Part shown: piece after piece, positions 1-8,883 of the stretch | Layout: each line of letters opens with the position of its first letter | How positions within the stretch are numbered: position 1 is the stretch's first letter | The notes under the pieces: model-generated | Database searches by the model: none | What the model was told of the DNA's origin: nothing | The model's input: only the letters and a program-made list of their open reading frames with translations | Origin: an uncultured Lachnospiraceae bacterium | GTDB taxonomy: Bacteria; Bacillota; Clostridia; Lachnospirales; Lachnospiraceae | Assembly (NCBI GenBank): GCA_948688495.1 | Contig: CAPQSW010000007.1 | Span: forward strand, 35,084 to 99,083 | DNA: 64,000 nt | Reading direction: 5' to 3' | Position numbers and translations under genes: made by a program

Positions 1-972
1 GCAAAAGAAGCATTAAGATATGCCAGCCCTGAGGGCATGCAGCAGGCAGAGGGCAATATAGAGAATATGACGCCGGAGGAATTGTTGTGGCAGCTTCGCG
101 GATCATCTGCGGACACAGCCTTGGAGGAAACATATTACCAGCAGCAGTTGGAGGAATTTTCCCAGGCGAAACAGGCGGAGTCACAAATTCTTCAGATTTT
201 GGCAGGACATGATATGCCGGTGACGGCTTATAATATACTCGCGGCAAACCAACTGTTAAATCCCCGGGGCGGAATAATAAAGACCTTATTTGGTAAGGAG
301 AATAATCAAAAAGATGCTGGACTTGAACAGGTAAAAGAACAAATCATAGAGAAATTTACAGAGGCCCTTGGATCACCTGAGGAGCTTGCCAAAGCACAGG
401 AGGAATTGGCAGATACCGCAGAAAATGTGATGAAGACTATGCAGGATTCTGAGGGCGTATCCAGTGTGGATTTGCGGGATATGCGGCTTTTGCATCAACA
501 GATTGCACTTGGAACCCAGATGGCAAAGGATGAACATTACGCGATTCCGGTATTGGTTGCGGATGAACTTACAAACGTACAACTCAAGATCGTCCGTGGA
601 AAGGAAGAACGCGGCAGGGTGGATGTACTTTTTGAAACGCCAAAGCTTGGGAAGGTAGCAGCAAGATTTCAGGTTCAGGAGGATTCTGTCAGGGGCTATA
701 TTGTCTCTGATTCCTATCGGACAATAGAGGAACTTAAAAACCAGACAGACAGCCATGGAGGGCAGCCGAATCCGGAAGGGGAAAGACCCCGTACAATGGA
801 CTTCATATACAGTGAAGACTTGGATTTGAACCGTTTTATCGGAGGACGTACGGGAAATATCCCGGATTTGGATACAGGGTCAGAGTCTTACCAGGTACAG
901 ACGAAGACGCTTTACGGTATTGCGAAAGGATTCTTAGAAGAAATGAAACAGATGGGACAGAAAATGTCTTAA
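1..972 (+). CDS. Flagellar-locus protein, DUF6240-like with C-terminal FliK-like domain (5'-truncated by window)
   Basis: Frame is open from base 1; C-terminal 'IPVLVADELTNVQLKIVRG...VLFETPKLGKVAARF' resembles the FliK C-domain; lies directly upstream of flagellin. Confidence 0.55.
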   Translation, partial: AKEALRYASPEGMQQAEGNIENMTPEELLWQLRGSSADTALEETYYQQQLEEFSQAKQAESQILQILAGHDMPVTAYNILAANQLLNPRGGIIKTLFGKENNQKDAGLEQVKEQIIEKFTEALGSPEELAKAQEELADTAENVMKTMQDSEGVSSVDLRDMRLLHQQIALGTQMAKDEHYAIPVLVADELTNVQLKIVRGKEERGRVDVLFETPKLGKVAARFQVQEDSVRGYIVSDSYRTIEELKNQTDSHGGQPNPEGERPRTMDFIYSEDLDLNRFIGGRTGNIPDLDTGSESYQVQTKTLYGIAKGFLEEMKQMGQKMS

Positions 973-997
973 AAGTTATGCTTATGGGCGGCGAAAT
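970..997 (+). promoter_or_regulatory. Putative sigma-28 (SigD/FliA) promoter for flagellin
   Basis: TAAA-N16-GGCGAAAT vs consensus TAAA-N16-GCCGATAT, 55 bp upstream of the flagellin ATG. Confidence 0.5.
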
Positions 998-1051
998 CTG
1001 CCATGGGTATCGCAGGATTGACACTACAAAATCAAAAGAGAGGTATACAAC

Positions 1052-2500
1052 ATGAAAATCAATCACAATATGTCAGCAATGGTTGCCAACAAAAGGTTAT
1101 TATGGACGGAAAAGAATTTGTCGAAATCTGTAGAACGTTTATCTACGGGTCTTAGGATTAACCGCGCATCGGATGATGCGGCGGGAATGGCGATTTCCAG
1201 CAAGATGAAAGCACAGATTAAGGGACTTGGCCAGGCTTCCAGAAATTCATCCGATGGAATTTCAGTTCTGGAAACAGCGGACGGTGCGCTGAACGAAGTT
1301 CATGCAATGCTTCAGAGAATGCGGGAGCTCTCTGTTCAGGCAGCAAATGGAACGAATACACCGGATGATTTAAAGGCGATTCAGTTAGAGATTGCCTCTT
1401 TACGTGAAGAAATTGACCGTGTTTCCAGAGACACAGAGTTCAATACGAAGAATTTGCTGGACGGATCGCTGGATCAGCGTGTATATCCAGATAACCGTGG
1501 CGTTAAACGGATTGACATTTCTGACGCCGTGATACCGGATATTTATTCCGTGAATGTTACAGCAGATGCTGAGCATGCGGTAATAGAAGGCGGCCAGCCA
1601 TTGTCAGCGACGGATGTTGTTCCGGCAGGCGCAACGGGAAAAGTCGTCATCAATGGATCAGAGGTAGAGATTAGAGAGGGAGAAACGTTTGAAGAAGTCT
1701 ATGAGAAGCTGCGTGATGCGGCAGAGCTGGGAGAGGTAAATCTGCTTATCGTTGAGGATTTGACAGATAAGTCAGGATTGCCGGAGAATGAATTTTATGT
1801 TCCCGGTAATGTGGCAGATGGCGGAAATCTTGTATTTGTTTCCGCAGAGTATGGGAATAATACTGAGATGAATGTAAAATGTAACAATGCTGATTTGGCA
1901 GCATTTCTTGGAATCAGCGTTGACAGGACAGAAGTCGGCAAGGATGTTGAAATTGCAATAGATGCTGCGGATGAGGGATTCAGTACCCAGGCAACAATTC
2001 TTACGGATGGCAACTTTGTAACAATTACGGACCGGAATGGTTTCGAGATGAAATTTGAGGTAGAGCCTGGGACTGCCGGAACAGTAAATATAGAAGTAGC
2101 TAACTTGGGTCCGATGACTCTTCAGATTGGTGCGAATGAGAACCAGACCATGGATGTGCGGATTCGCGAGGTTTCGTCTCAGACGTTGTATATTGATAAA
2201 GTAAATGTATGTACAGTTACAGGCGCGGACCGTGCGATAACAAGTTTTGACGGGGCAATTGCCAAAGTCAGCGAGGTGCGTTCCAGCATAGGCGCTTACC
2301 AGAACCGTTTGGACTATACAGTGGCAAGTCTGGATGGGACAGAGGAGAATATGACGCAGGCTTTATCCAGAATTGAAGATGTGGATATGGCAGAGGAAAT
2401 GACAGAGTACACGAAAGACAATATCTTAACCCAGGCAGCAACTTCTGTGCTTGCCCAGGCGAATGACCTTCCACAGCAGGTACTGCAGCTTCTGCAGTAA
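1052..2500 (+). CDS. fliC: Flagellin
   Basis: N-term 'MKINHNMSA...ERLSTGLRINRASDDAAG', 'LQRMRELSVQAANGT'; C-term 'RSSIGAYQNRL...SRIEDVDMAEEM...LAQANDLPQQVLQLLQ'. Confidence 0.97.
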   Translation: MKINHNMSAMVANKRLLWTEKNLSKSVERLSTGLRINRASDDAAGMAISSKMKAQIKGLGQASRNSSDGISVLETADGALNEVHAMLQRMRELSVQAANGTNTPDDLKAIQLEIASLREEIDRVSRDTEFNTKNLLDGSLDQRVYPDNRGVKRIDISDAVIPDIYSVNVTADAEHAVIEGGQPLSATDVVPAGATGKVVINGSEVEIREGETFEEVYEKLRDAAELGEVNLLIVEDLTDKSGLPENEFYVPGNVADGGNLVFVSAEYGNNTEMNVKCNNADLAAFLGISVDRTEVGKDVEIAIDAADEGFSTQATILTDGNFVTITDRNGFEMKFEVEPGTAGTVNIEVANLGPMTLQIGANENQTMDVRIREVSSQTLYIDKVNVCTVTGADRAITSFDGAIAKVSEVRSSIGAYQNRLDYTVASLDGTEENMTQALSRIEDVDMAEEMTEYTKDNILTQAATSVLAQANDLPQQVLQLLQ

Positions 2501-2516
2501 TTGACGGAGGTGCATC

Positions 2517-2993
2517 ATGACGCAGGAAAAAAAGCAGGAATTTACCCGCAGGCTGAGCTGCTGTAACCGTGGGGAAATGGTTGTAATTATGTATGACATA
2601 CTTTTTGCATATCTCGATGATGGAATCCAGGCAAAGGAGATCGGGGATTACAGTGAATTTAAGGCGGCTGTAACCCGTGCCCAGCAGGTAATACGCAGGT
2701 TGATGGATGACCTGGATTTCAATTATGAGATTGCAAACAGCCTGTATGCGGAGTATCAATTTGTGAACCAGCAGCTCTCCATGGCGATATACAAAAATAC
2801 ATCCCAGAATCTTTTGGATACCAAGAGGGTTCTTGGAAATCTTTATGATGCTTTTGTGGAGGCGTCACGTCAGGATACATCAGAACCGTTGATGGAAAAT
2901 TCGCAGCAGGTGGTAGCGGGCATGACCTATCAAAAGGGCAGTCTGACAGAAACCTTTCAGGATTCCGATATTTCCAGAGGATTTCTGGCATAA
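2517..2993 (+). CDS. fliS: Flagellin chaperone FliS
   Basis: Helical 158-aa protein, 'LMDDLDFNYEIANSLYAEYQFV', immediately after flagellin; RBS GGAGG. Confidence 0.85.
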   Translation: MTQEKKQEFTRRLSCCNRGEMVVIMYDILFAYLDDGIQAKEIGDYSEFKAAVTRAQQVIRRLMDDLDFNYEIANSLYAEYQFVNQQLSMAIYKNTSQNLLDTKRVLGNLYDAFVEASRQDTSEPLMENSQQVVAGMTYQKGSLTETFQDSDISRGFLA

Positions 2994-3047
2994 GAGCTCT
3001 CATTATTTTGATATTTCCAGAGGATTTCTGGCATAAGAGGTCTCATT
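2967..3047. repeat. 38-bp direct repeat (43-bp period) at the fliS/yaaL convergent junction
   Basis: GATATTTCCAGAGGATTTCTGGCATAAGAG[C/G]TCTCATT at 2967-3004 and 3010-3047. Confidence 0.95.
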
Positions 3048-3260
3048 GAACTGTTTTGCTTTTGTCAGGAGGAATTTATAACGCATCTGCATGGCGTTTA
3101 CCTGGTAAATGCAGCAGTCGATGAGATCCGGTTCCATAGCATTTTCAAAATTGTCGTAGGCAAGAGCCAGATCATATCTGGCTTTTTCTAAGTCATCTAA
3201 AAGTAAAGAGTAAGCAGTTATCTTAGAATTTTCTTTTTTTGCAATCTGAAACATACGCAT
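3003..3260 (-). CDS. YaaL / DUF2508 family protein
   Basis: 'LAYDNFENAMEPDLIDCCIYQVNAMQMRYKFLL' motif; adjacent to bofA; start moved to the ATG after a purine-rich RBS. Confidence 0.8.
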   Translation of the reverse strand: MRMFQIAKKENSKITAYSLLLDDLEKARYDLALAYDNFENAMEPDLIDCCIYQVNAMQMRYKFLLTKAKQFNETSYARNPLEISK

Positions 3261-3403
3261 TCCTTCCCCTTTTCGGTATACTGTTTGGAACAGTAACTTT
3301 ATATTTAAAGTATAAGCAGCAACTTCCAATTCTATACAAAAAAGTCATAAATTTCTCCAAAAAGTATATATATGTCATAAGAGATTTTCAGAGAGGGACA
3401 GGT

Positions 3404-3676
3404 ATGGAAAATTATTATGGAATTGCAGCGATTGCGGGTATCTGTGTAGTAGTATTGCTTATGGGAACTATGAAGCAAAAGACAGCGGGAATATCTAAAT
3501 TTATTCTGCGCAGTATTGCTGGGACAGCGGGAATCTGCATCGTAAATGCTATCTTGGAAAGTCTGGGGATTTCCGTGGCGGCAGGAATTAACCCGGTGAA
3601 TGTTTTGACAATTGGAATGCTTGGTATTGGGGGCTTTGGGCTGGTTTATGGCATTTTATTGTATCGATTCTTGTAA
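3404..3676 (+). CDS. bofA: Pro-sigmaK processing inhibitor BofA
   Basis: Small hydrophobic protein with 'GINPVNVLTIGMLGIGG' motif; yaaL neighbour. Confidence 0.8.
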   Translation: MENYYGIAAIAGICVVVLLMGTMKQKTAGISKFILRSIAGTAGICIVNAILESLGISVAAGINPVNVLTIGMLGIGGFGLVYGILLYRFL

Positions 3677-3712
3677 GTTATTTACAAAAATTAAAAATTT
3701 TTCAAATCATAC

Positions 3713-3741
3713 TTTACAAGCAAAAGAACATGTTCTATAAT
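3713..3741 (+). promoter_or_regulatory. SigA-type promoter of the Tad locus with overlapping palindrome
   Basis: TTTACA-N17-TATAAT; perfect palindrome AGAACATGTTCT at 3725-3736. Confidence 0.6.
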
Positions 3742-3807
3742 CCAAAACATCACTGATTCGCGAACAGGAGAGTTATCTGAAAGAGGTGATAAATTGGGGA
3801 GGTGAAA

Positions 3808-4308
3808 ATGCTGTCCTGCCTCACACTGTTAAGTATTGCGGCGGCAGCAGACATACAGAGCTTACGGATTAGTAACCGGCTGATTGTAAGCGGTTTATTT
3901 CTCGGATGTTCCTTCCAGGTTCTGGAGTTGGGAATGAAGGGGATTGGCGTTTTTCTTATAAACGTGTCTATACCGGTTATCTTATTTTATCTATTGTTTC
4001 TGATACGTGCCCTGGGGGCAGGCGACATCAAACTTTTTTCTATGATTGGCGGTATTTGGGATTTACGGATGCTTTGTATTACGATAGCAGTATCTTTCCT
4101 GGTGGCCGCAGTAATGTCGTTTTGTAAGATTCTTTATTATCGAAATTTCATTTTACGTCTACGGATATTCAGGGAATATATAGAGCATGTGCTGTCATGC
4201 CGCAGGCTTGTGCAATATCCGCAGGAATCTCAGGGAAATCAACACATCATTCATTTTTCAATCGCAATTTTAATTGGCTGTGCAATCGCTATGGAGGTGG
4301 CTTATTGA
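3808..4308 (+). CDS. A24 family prepilin peptidase (TadV/CpaA-like)
   Basis: Hydrophobic; two Asp motifs 'AAADIQSLRISN' and 'LGAGDIKLF'. Confidence 0.85.
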   Translation: MLSCLTLLSIAAAADIQSLRISNRLIVSGLFLGCSFQVLELGMKGIGVFLINVSIPVILFYLLFLIRALGAGDIKLFSMIGGIWDLRMLCITIAVSFLVAAVMSFCKILYYRNFILRLRIFREYIEHVLSCRRLVQYPQESQGNQHIIHFSIAILIGCAIAMEVAY

Positions 4309-5378
4309 GAAAAATTTTAATTGCTGTCTGTGACGGGGACGGCTCATATGGGGAAAAGCTGGGGGAATGGATTTCCTTACAGAAGGGTGATAAGATGCAA
4401 TGCGTATCCTTTTCTTCACCAGAATGCTTTTTAGAACATTTAAGCAGGCAGAGACAGGATATTGTATTGCTGGGCCAGGGTTTTTTAAGTGACGCGCGAA
4501 TATGCAAAGAGATTTCACGCGTAAAGGAGGAAAAGGAGGGGCAGATGCACGGGACGGACAGTGTCTTATGGATACGTCTGCGAGGCATGGAAGACAGGGA
4601 GCGGCTTAACGACGTTATCAGGGGTATTCCCTCTGTGGACAAATACCAGCCGGCATCCCGGATTCTAAGGGAAGTGTTCTCTGTTTACCAGGATCAGGGG
4701 AAGGAGATGCCAGAGCAAATGGAAGGCAAAAAAGAGGTGATTGGCGTTTATTCACCAGGGCATAGCATATGGCAGACCCCTTTTTCACTGACCTTTGCAC
4801 AGACGCTGGTGCAAAAAGAAAAGGTACTTTATGTCAATTTAAAAGAGTGCGCGGGGTTTAAAGGGTGGTTTCAACAGAAATATGAGAAGGATCTTCTTGA
4901 TGTTATGTATCTGTGCCTGGATGGCGGAGGAAATGTATCAAACTGTATCAGCAGCGCACTATATACGATAGAGGGGATTGATTATATTCCCCCGGCAGAA
5001 GATGGTGGATGCCTAGGAGAAGTTTCGGCGCAGGATTATCTGAAGTTTGTAGAACTTTTACGGGAAAGAAGCGGTTATGAAGTAATCGTGCTGGACTTTG
5101 GGATGATGGTCCCCGGATTTTTTCGGCTGCTGGGAATGTGTAGCAAGGTCTATATTGTCACAGAGCCTGGAGAGCTGCAGGCTGCACCGTTGCAGCAGTT
5201 TCAGCAGATGGCGTCGAGACAGGGGGAGGAGGAGTTGCAAAAAAAGCTGATCTATCTGACACTTCCTGTTGTGACTGCGGGAAGCTGCCGGGGGACTGGA
5301 AAGATGCAGCAATGGCTCTGGGGGGCAATGGGAGATTTCAGCCGGAGGCTGGCGGGGGTACAGGGTGGAACAGATTAG
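4305..5378 (+). CDS. TadZ/CpaE-like protein (pseudo-receiver plus degenerate ParA/MinD domain)
   Basis: TTG start after GGAGG overlapping the upstream stop; 'IAVCDGD', 'VIGVYSP', 'KVLYVNL', 'YEVIVLDFG'; position before cpaF. Confidence 0.65.
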   Translation: MRKILIAVCDGDGSYGEKLGEWISLQKGDKMQCVSFSSPECFLEHLSRQRQDIVLLGQGFLSDARICKEISRVKEEKEGQMHGTDSVLWIRLRGMEDRERLNDVIRGIPSVDKYQPASRILREVFSVYQDQGKEMPEQMEGKKEVIGVYSPGHSIWQTPFSLTFAQTLVQKEKVLYVNLKECAGFKGWFQQKYEKDLLDVMYLCLDGGGNVSNCISSALYTIEGIDYIPPAEDGGCLGEVSAQDYLKFVELLRERSGYEVIVLDFGMMVPGFFRLLGMCSKVYIVTEPGELQAAPLQQFQQMASRQGEEELQKKLIYLTLPVVTAGSCRGTGKMQQWLWGAMGDFSRRLAGVQGGTD

Positions 5379-6579
5379 GAAAAATGTAATCGCGCAGCTT
5401 GATATGACAAGGGAACATGAGGAGGAAGAACTTCTTGCCGTCATTGATGAAGAAATCTGCCGGGAGGCAAAGGAACGGGTGATTCCTTTGAGCTGGAGGC
5501 GCGAGTTGCGGATGCAGGTGTTTCATTCCCTAAGGAAGCTGGATGTGCTGCAGGAGCTTTTAAGTGAAGATGATGTTACAGAAATTATGGTGAATGATGC
5601 ACAACATATTTTTTACGAGAAAGAAGGAGAAATCCATGCATGGGACAAGTCGTTTTCTTCCAGGGAAAAGCTGGAAGACATTATCCAACAGATGGTAGGA
5701 AGCCATAACCGGGTAATTAACGAGGCAGAACCCATTGCAGATACCAGGCTTTCGGACGGCTCCAGGGTAAATGTGGTATTGCCTCCAGTGGCGCTGGAGG
5801 GACCGGTAGTCTCCATCCGTAAGTTTCCCAAACATCCCATTCTGATGGAGCAGATGATTGGGAAGGAAAGCATCAGTATAGAATGTGCGAGGTTTTTGCA
5901 AACGCTGGTAAGGGCAGGATACAATATCTTTATTTCCGGGGGAACCGGTTCTGGGAAAACAACATTTCTTAATGCATTGTCAGAATTTATCCCGAAAACA
6001 GAACGAGTGATTACAATAGAGGATTCCGCAGAATTGCAGATTCAGGGCATCCGCAATCTGGTGCGGATGGAAACACGCAGTGTCCGGTCAGATGGGAAAT
6101 TATCCATCAGTATACGTGATTTAATCCGTACAGCGCTTCGTATGAGACCAGACAGGATAATCGTAGGGGAAATCCGGGGGGCAGAGTGTCTGGACATGTT
6201 GCAGGCAATGAATACAGGCCATGACGGCTCGTTGAGCACCGGGCATGCTAATAGCTGTCAGGATATGATAAGCCGCATGGAGACAATGGTTCTCATGGGA
6301 ATGGAACTCCCCCTGCAGGCAATCCGTGCACAGATTGCGGCGGGCGTGGATATCCTGGTGCATCTGGGGAGGCTCAGGGACCGCAGCCGGAGACTTCTTG
6401 CCATTATGGAGATTGACAGGATAGAAGAGGGTGAAATCCGTCTGAATCCTTTATATGAGTTTGTGGAGATGGGGGAGGTGGATGGCAGGATCAGTGGGAG
6501 CTGGATAAAAACGGGTGAATTGATTCACAGAGGAAAATTGTACGCAGCGGGAATGGAGGTGGAGGATGTCAGGCAATGA
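5365..6579 (+). CDS. cpaF: CpaF/TadA pilus assembly ATPase
   Basis: Walker A GGTGSGKTT, 'ITIEDSAEL', 'LRMRPDRIIVGEIRG', 'MNTGHDGSLSTGHAN'. Confidence 0.95.
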   Translation: MEQIRKNVIAQLDMTREHEEEELLAVIDEEICREAKERVIPLSWRRELRMQVFHSLRKLDVLQELLSEDDVTEIMVNDAQHIFYEKEGEIHAWDKSFSSREKLEDIIQQMVGSHNRVINEAEPIADTRLSDGSRVNVVLPPVALEGPVVSIRKFPKHPILMEQMIGKESISIECARFLQTLVRAGYNIFISGGTGSGKTTFLNALSEFIPKTERVITIEDSAELQIQGIRNLVRMETRSVRSDGKLSISIRDLIRTALRMRPDRIIVGEIRGAECLDMLQAMNTGHDGSLSTGHANSCQDMISRMETMVLMGMELPLQAIRAQIAAGVDILVHLGRLRDRSRRLLAIMEIDRIEEGEIRLNPLYEFVEMGEVDGRISGSWIKTGELIHRGKLYAAGMEVEDVRQ

Positions 6580-7331
6580 AAAAACAAGGAGCAATGGATT
6601 ATCGAACGTATACGCTTAACGCGAAGGAAAATCTGCTTTGGGTTTTGTCGGCTTCTGCGGCTACTGGGCTGGTCTCGTGGCTGTTTTACCAAAGCTTATA
6701 TGCAATGGCAGGACAAGTGCCGCTATTGTTTCTGACACGGAGGTTTCTTTGCAGGTATCGGCTTGGAAAGCGGAGACAGGAAATGTTATATCAGTTTGGA
6801 GAAATGCTGCAGATGATGTACGCTTCCTTAAAAGCGGGATGTTCCGTAGAAAATGCTTTTATACAGGCTTTAAAAGAGTATGCAAATCTGTATGGAGAAA
6901 AGGATATTATGGCGTTGGAGTTTTGTAATATCAGTCATCGTATGATGCTGAACGAGCCTTTAGAGCAATTGATGGAGGATTTTGCGCAACGCAGCGGAGT
7001 AGAAGAAATTGTCAGCTTTTCTCAGGTATTTGCTTTTGCAAAGAGAAGCGGAGGGGATATGAGGGAAATTTTCCAGGGCACTGTAAAAAAAATCCGCCAA
7101 AAAGCAGAGGTAGAACGGGAGATTGCCACGGTGATAACGGCAAAGAAAACAGAACAACGTATCATGGATTTGGTGCCCTTTGGAATCCTATTTTATGTGG
7201 GGATGACGTCGCCGGAATTTCTGGCGCCGCTGTACCATAATCCTCTAGGGGTAATGGCCATGACAATCTGTCTGTTTGTGTATGCTGGCGCATTTTTCCT
7301 TGCAGAGAAGATTTTAGACATTCAGATTTGA
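6576..7331 (+). CDS. TadB-like platform protein (T2SSF family)
   Basis: 'SLKAGCSVENAF', 'FAKRSGG', three TM segments; follows cpaF. Confidence 0.85.
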   Translation: MKKQGAMDYRTYTLNAKENLLWVLSASAATGLVSWLFYQSLYAMAGQVPLLFLTRRFLCRYRLGKRRQEMLYQFGEMLQMMYASLKAGCSVENAFIQALKEYANLYGEKDIMALEFCNISHRMMLNEPLEQLMEDFAQRSGVEEIVSFSQVFAFAKRSGGDMREIFQGTVKKIRQKAEVEREIATVITAKKTEQRIMDLVPFGILFYVGMTSPEFLAPLYHNPLGVMAMTICLFVYAGAFFLAEKILDIQI

Positions 7332-7451
7332 GGAGCAAGGCAAATGCGAAGCATTTATGGAATGCCTTGCGACGAATTGGCAGGTGTCGCAAAGCGGCGC
7401 GTGCCGTTACCGCAAAAAAAGGAGGAAGGCAAATGCGAAGCATTTATGGAA
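7331..7451 (+). repeat. 32-bp duplicated RBS+start segment (89-bp period) in front of the tadC-like gene
   Basis: AGGAG[C/G]AAGGCAAATGCGAAGCATTTATGGAA at 7331-7362 and 7420-7451. Confidence 0.93.
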
Positions 7452-8644
7452 ATCGGGTAGTGTTAATTCTTTTTGTGGGCTTTCTACTGGCTGTAGGAAT
7501 CGGGTGGCTGGATAAAAGGGAGGAAATAAAGACGAAGGTTGCCAGAGGCGAGCCAGGGCGGGGGGTTCAGGAAAAGGAATTTTTTGTGGATATAAAGGGG
7601 GAAATGGAGAATTATCCGCTGAAGCTGGAGATTGGGGAGCAAAAGCTTACCAGGGAGCAGAGAGAGGAATATCTGGACAGGGCGAAAAGGGAACTGGATC
7701 TGTTGATTCTTGGAGAAAATTCCTCCAAAGATGAGATTACACAAGCGTTATATCTGCCAGAATATCTGCAGAATGGAGTGGTGGAGGCTTCCTACCGGTT
7801 CTCTGATTACGATATTTTCCATTTAGATGGAACGCTCAGGCAGGAGCCAAAGGAAGCGGTTGTTGTGGAGGTTACCGCAGAACTTATCTGCCAGGAAGAA
7901 GTCTGCCTCTATCAGTTTTCGGTACAGGCAGTACCGCCGGAAAAATCTTCGCAGCAACAGATAGCCGAAAAATTAAAAGCGCTGATATCCACTCAGAACC
8001 AGGAGGAAGGCAAGGATTATGTAAATCTGCCGGAAGAAGTGGATGGTCAGACGGTTGTCTGGCGGCAAAAAATGGGAAACCGGGGTCTGATAGTAGCTTT
8101 TATGAGCGTTGCAGTGGCAGCAGGTCTCATTTTCCATGAGAAGGAGGTGAGTAAGCGTAAGAAGCGGGAACGAGACAGCCAGATGATGCTCGATTATGCC
8201 GGGATTGTAGGAAAGTTTTCGCTGTTGATTGGGGCGGGGATGAATATTCCTCTTGCCTGGGAAAAAATTGCGTTGGCCTATCAGGAAAAGAGGGAAGGAA
8301 AAGAGGTTGAGAAACGATATGCCTATGAGGAAATGCTCTATACCTTGCATGAGATTCGTGATGGCATGGGAGAATTAAAGGCTTATGAGAATTTTGGGAA
8401 CCGGTGCGGGCTTGGTGCATACCGCAGGTTATCTGCCATGATAGTACAAAATGTCCGTAAAGGAACGCAAGGAATGCAAAGGCTGTTGGAGCAGGAGGAA
8501 TGGGAGGCTTATGAACAGCGCAAGGCACACGCAAGGCAGGCGGGTGAGGAGGCTGGTACAAAACTGCTACTTCCTATGGGGATTATGCTGGTGATTGTGC
8601 TGGCAATTCTGGTCATACCTGCCGGAATGACACTGAATTTATAG
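7433..8644 (+). CDS. TadC-like platform protein with extra extracellular domain
   Basis: C-term T2SSF-like 'LLIGAGMNIPLAW...AGEEAGTKLLLPM'; ATG after AGGAGG. Confidence 0.8.
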   Translation: MRSIYGNRVVLILFVGFLLAVGIGWLDKREEIKTKVARGEPGRGVQEKEFFVDIKGEMENYPLKLEIGEQKLTREQREEYLDRAKRELDLLILGENSSKDEITQALYLPEYLQNGVVEASYRFSDYDIFHLDGTLRQEPKEAVVVEVTAELICQEEVCLYQFSVQAVPPEKSSQQQIAEKLKALISTQNQEEGKDYVNLPEEVDGQTVVWRQKMGNRGLIVAFMSVAVAAGLIFHEKEVSKRKKRERDSQMMLDYAGIVGKFSLLIGAGMNIPLAWEKIALAYQEKREGKEVEKRYAYEEMLYTLHEIRDGMGELKAYENFGNRCGLGAYRRLSAMIVQNVRKGTQGMQRLLEQEEWEAYEQRKAHARQAGEEAGTKLLLPMGIMLVIVLAILVIPAGMTLNL

Positions 8645-8695
8645 AATCATAATTTTAAGTGGCAGCCACGGACTGCCAGGAAAGGAGAATCATAT

Positions 8696-8872
8696 ATGAT
8701 GCAGGAATTTAAAAGTTTTTTGAGAGAAGAAGATGGAATGGGTGTTGTGGAGGTTATTCTAATTATCGTAATCCTTATCAGTCTGGCATTGTTATTCAAG
8801 GAGCAGATTACAAGTCTGGTAGACAAGATTCTGAAAAAGATAACGTCACAGGCAGGCAAAGTTTATAAATAA
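8696..8872 (+). CDS. Flp1-family major pilin (58 aa; absent from ORF track)
   Basis: Own translation: MMQEFKSFLREEDG|MGVVEVILIIVILISLALLFKEQITSLVDKILKKITSQAGKVYK; G(-1)/E(+5) prepilin motif; RBS AAGGAG. Confidence 0.92.
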   Translation: MMQEFKSFLREEDGMGVVEVILIIVILISLALLFKEQITSLVDKILKKITSQAGKVYK

Positions 8873-8883
8873 CGGGGAAAAGG

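Noticed and set aside
1052..2500. TLR5-silent flagellin
   Set aside because: Cannot be judged from sequence by eye; the conserved D1 motif is present
2967..3047. Two palindromic 38-bp repeats as a mini CRISPR array
   Set aside because: Only two copies, a 5-bp gap, both within coding ends, and no cas genes
3725..3736. Canonical LexA/SOS box
   Set aside because: GAAC-GTTC spacing is 2 nt rather than 4; kept only as an unassigned palindrome
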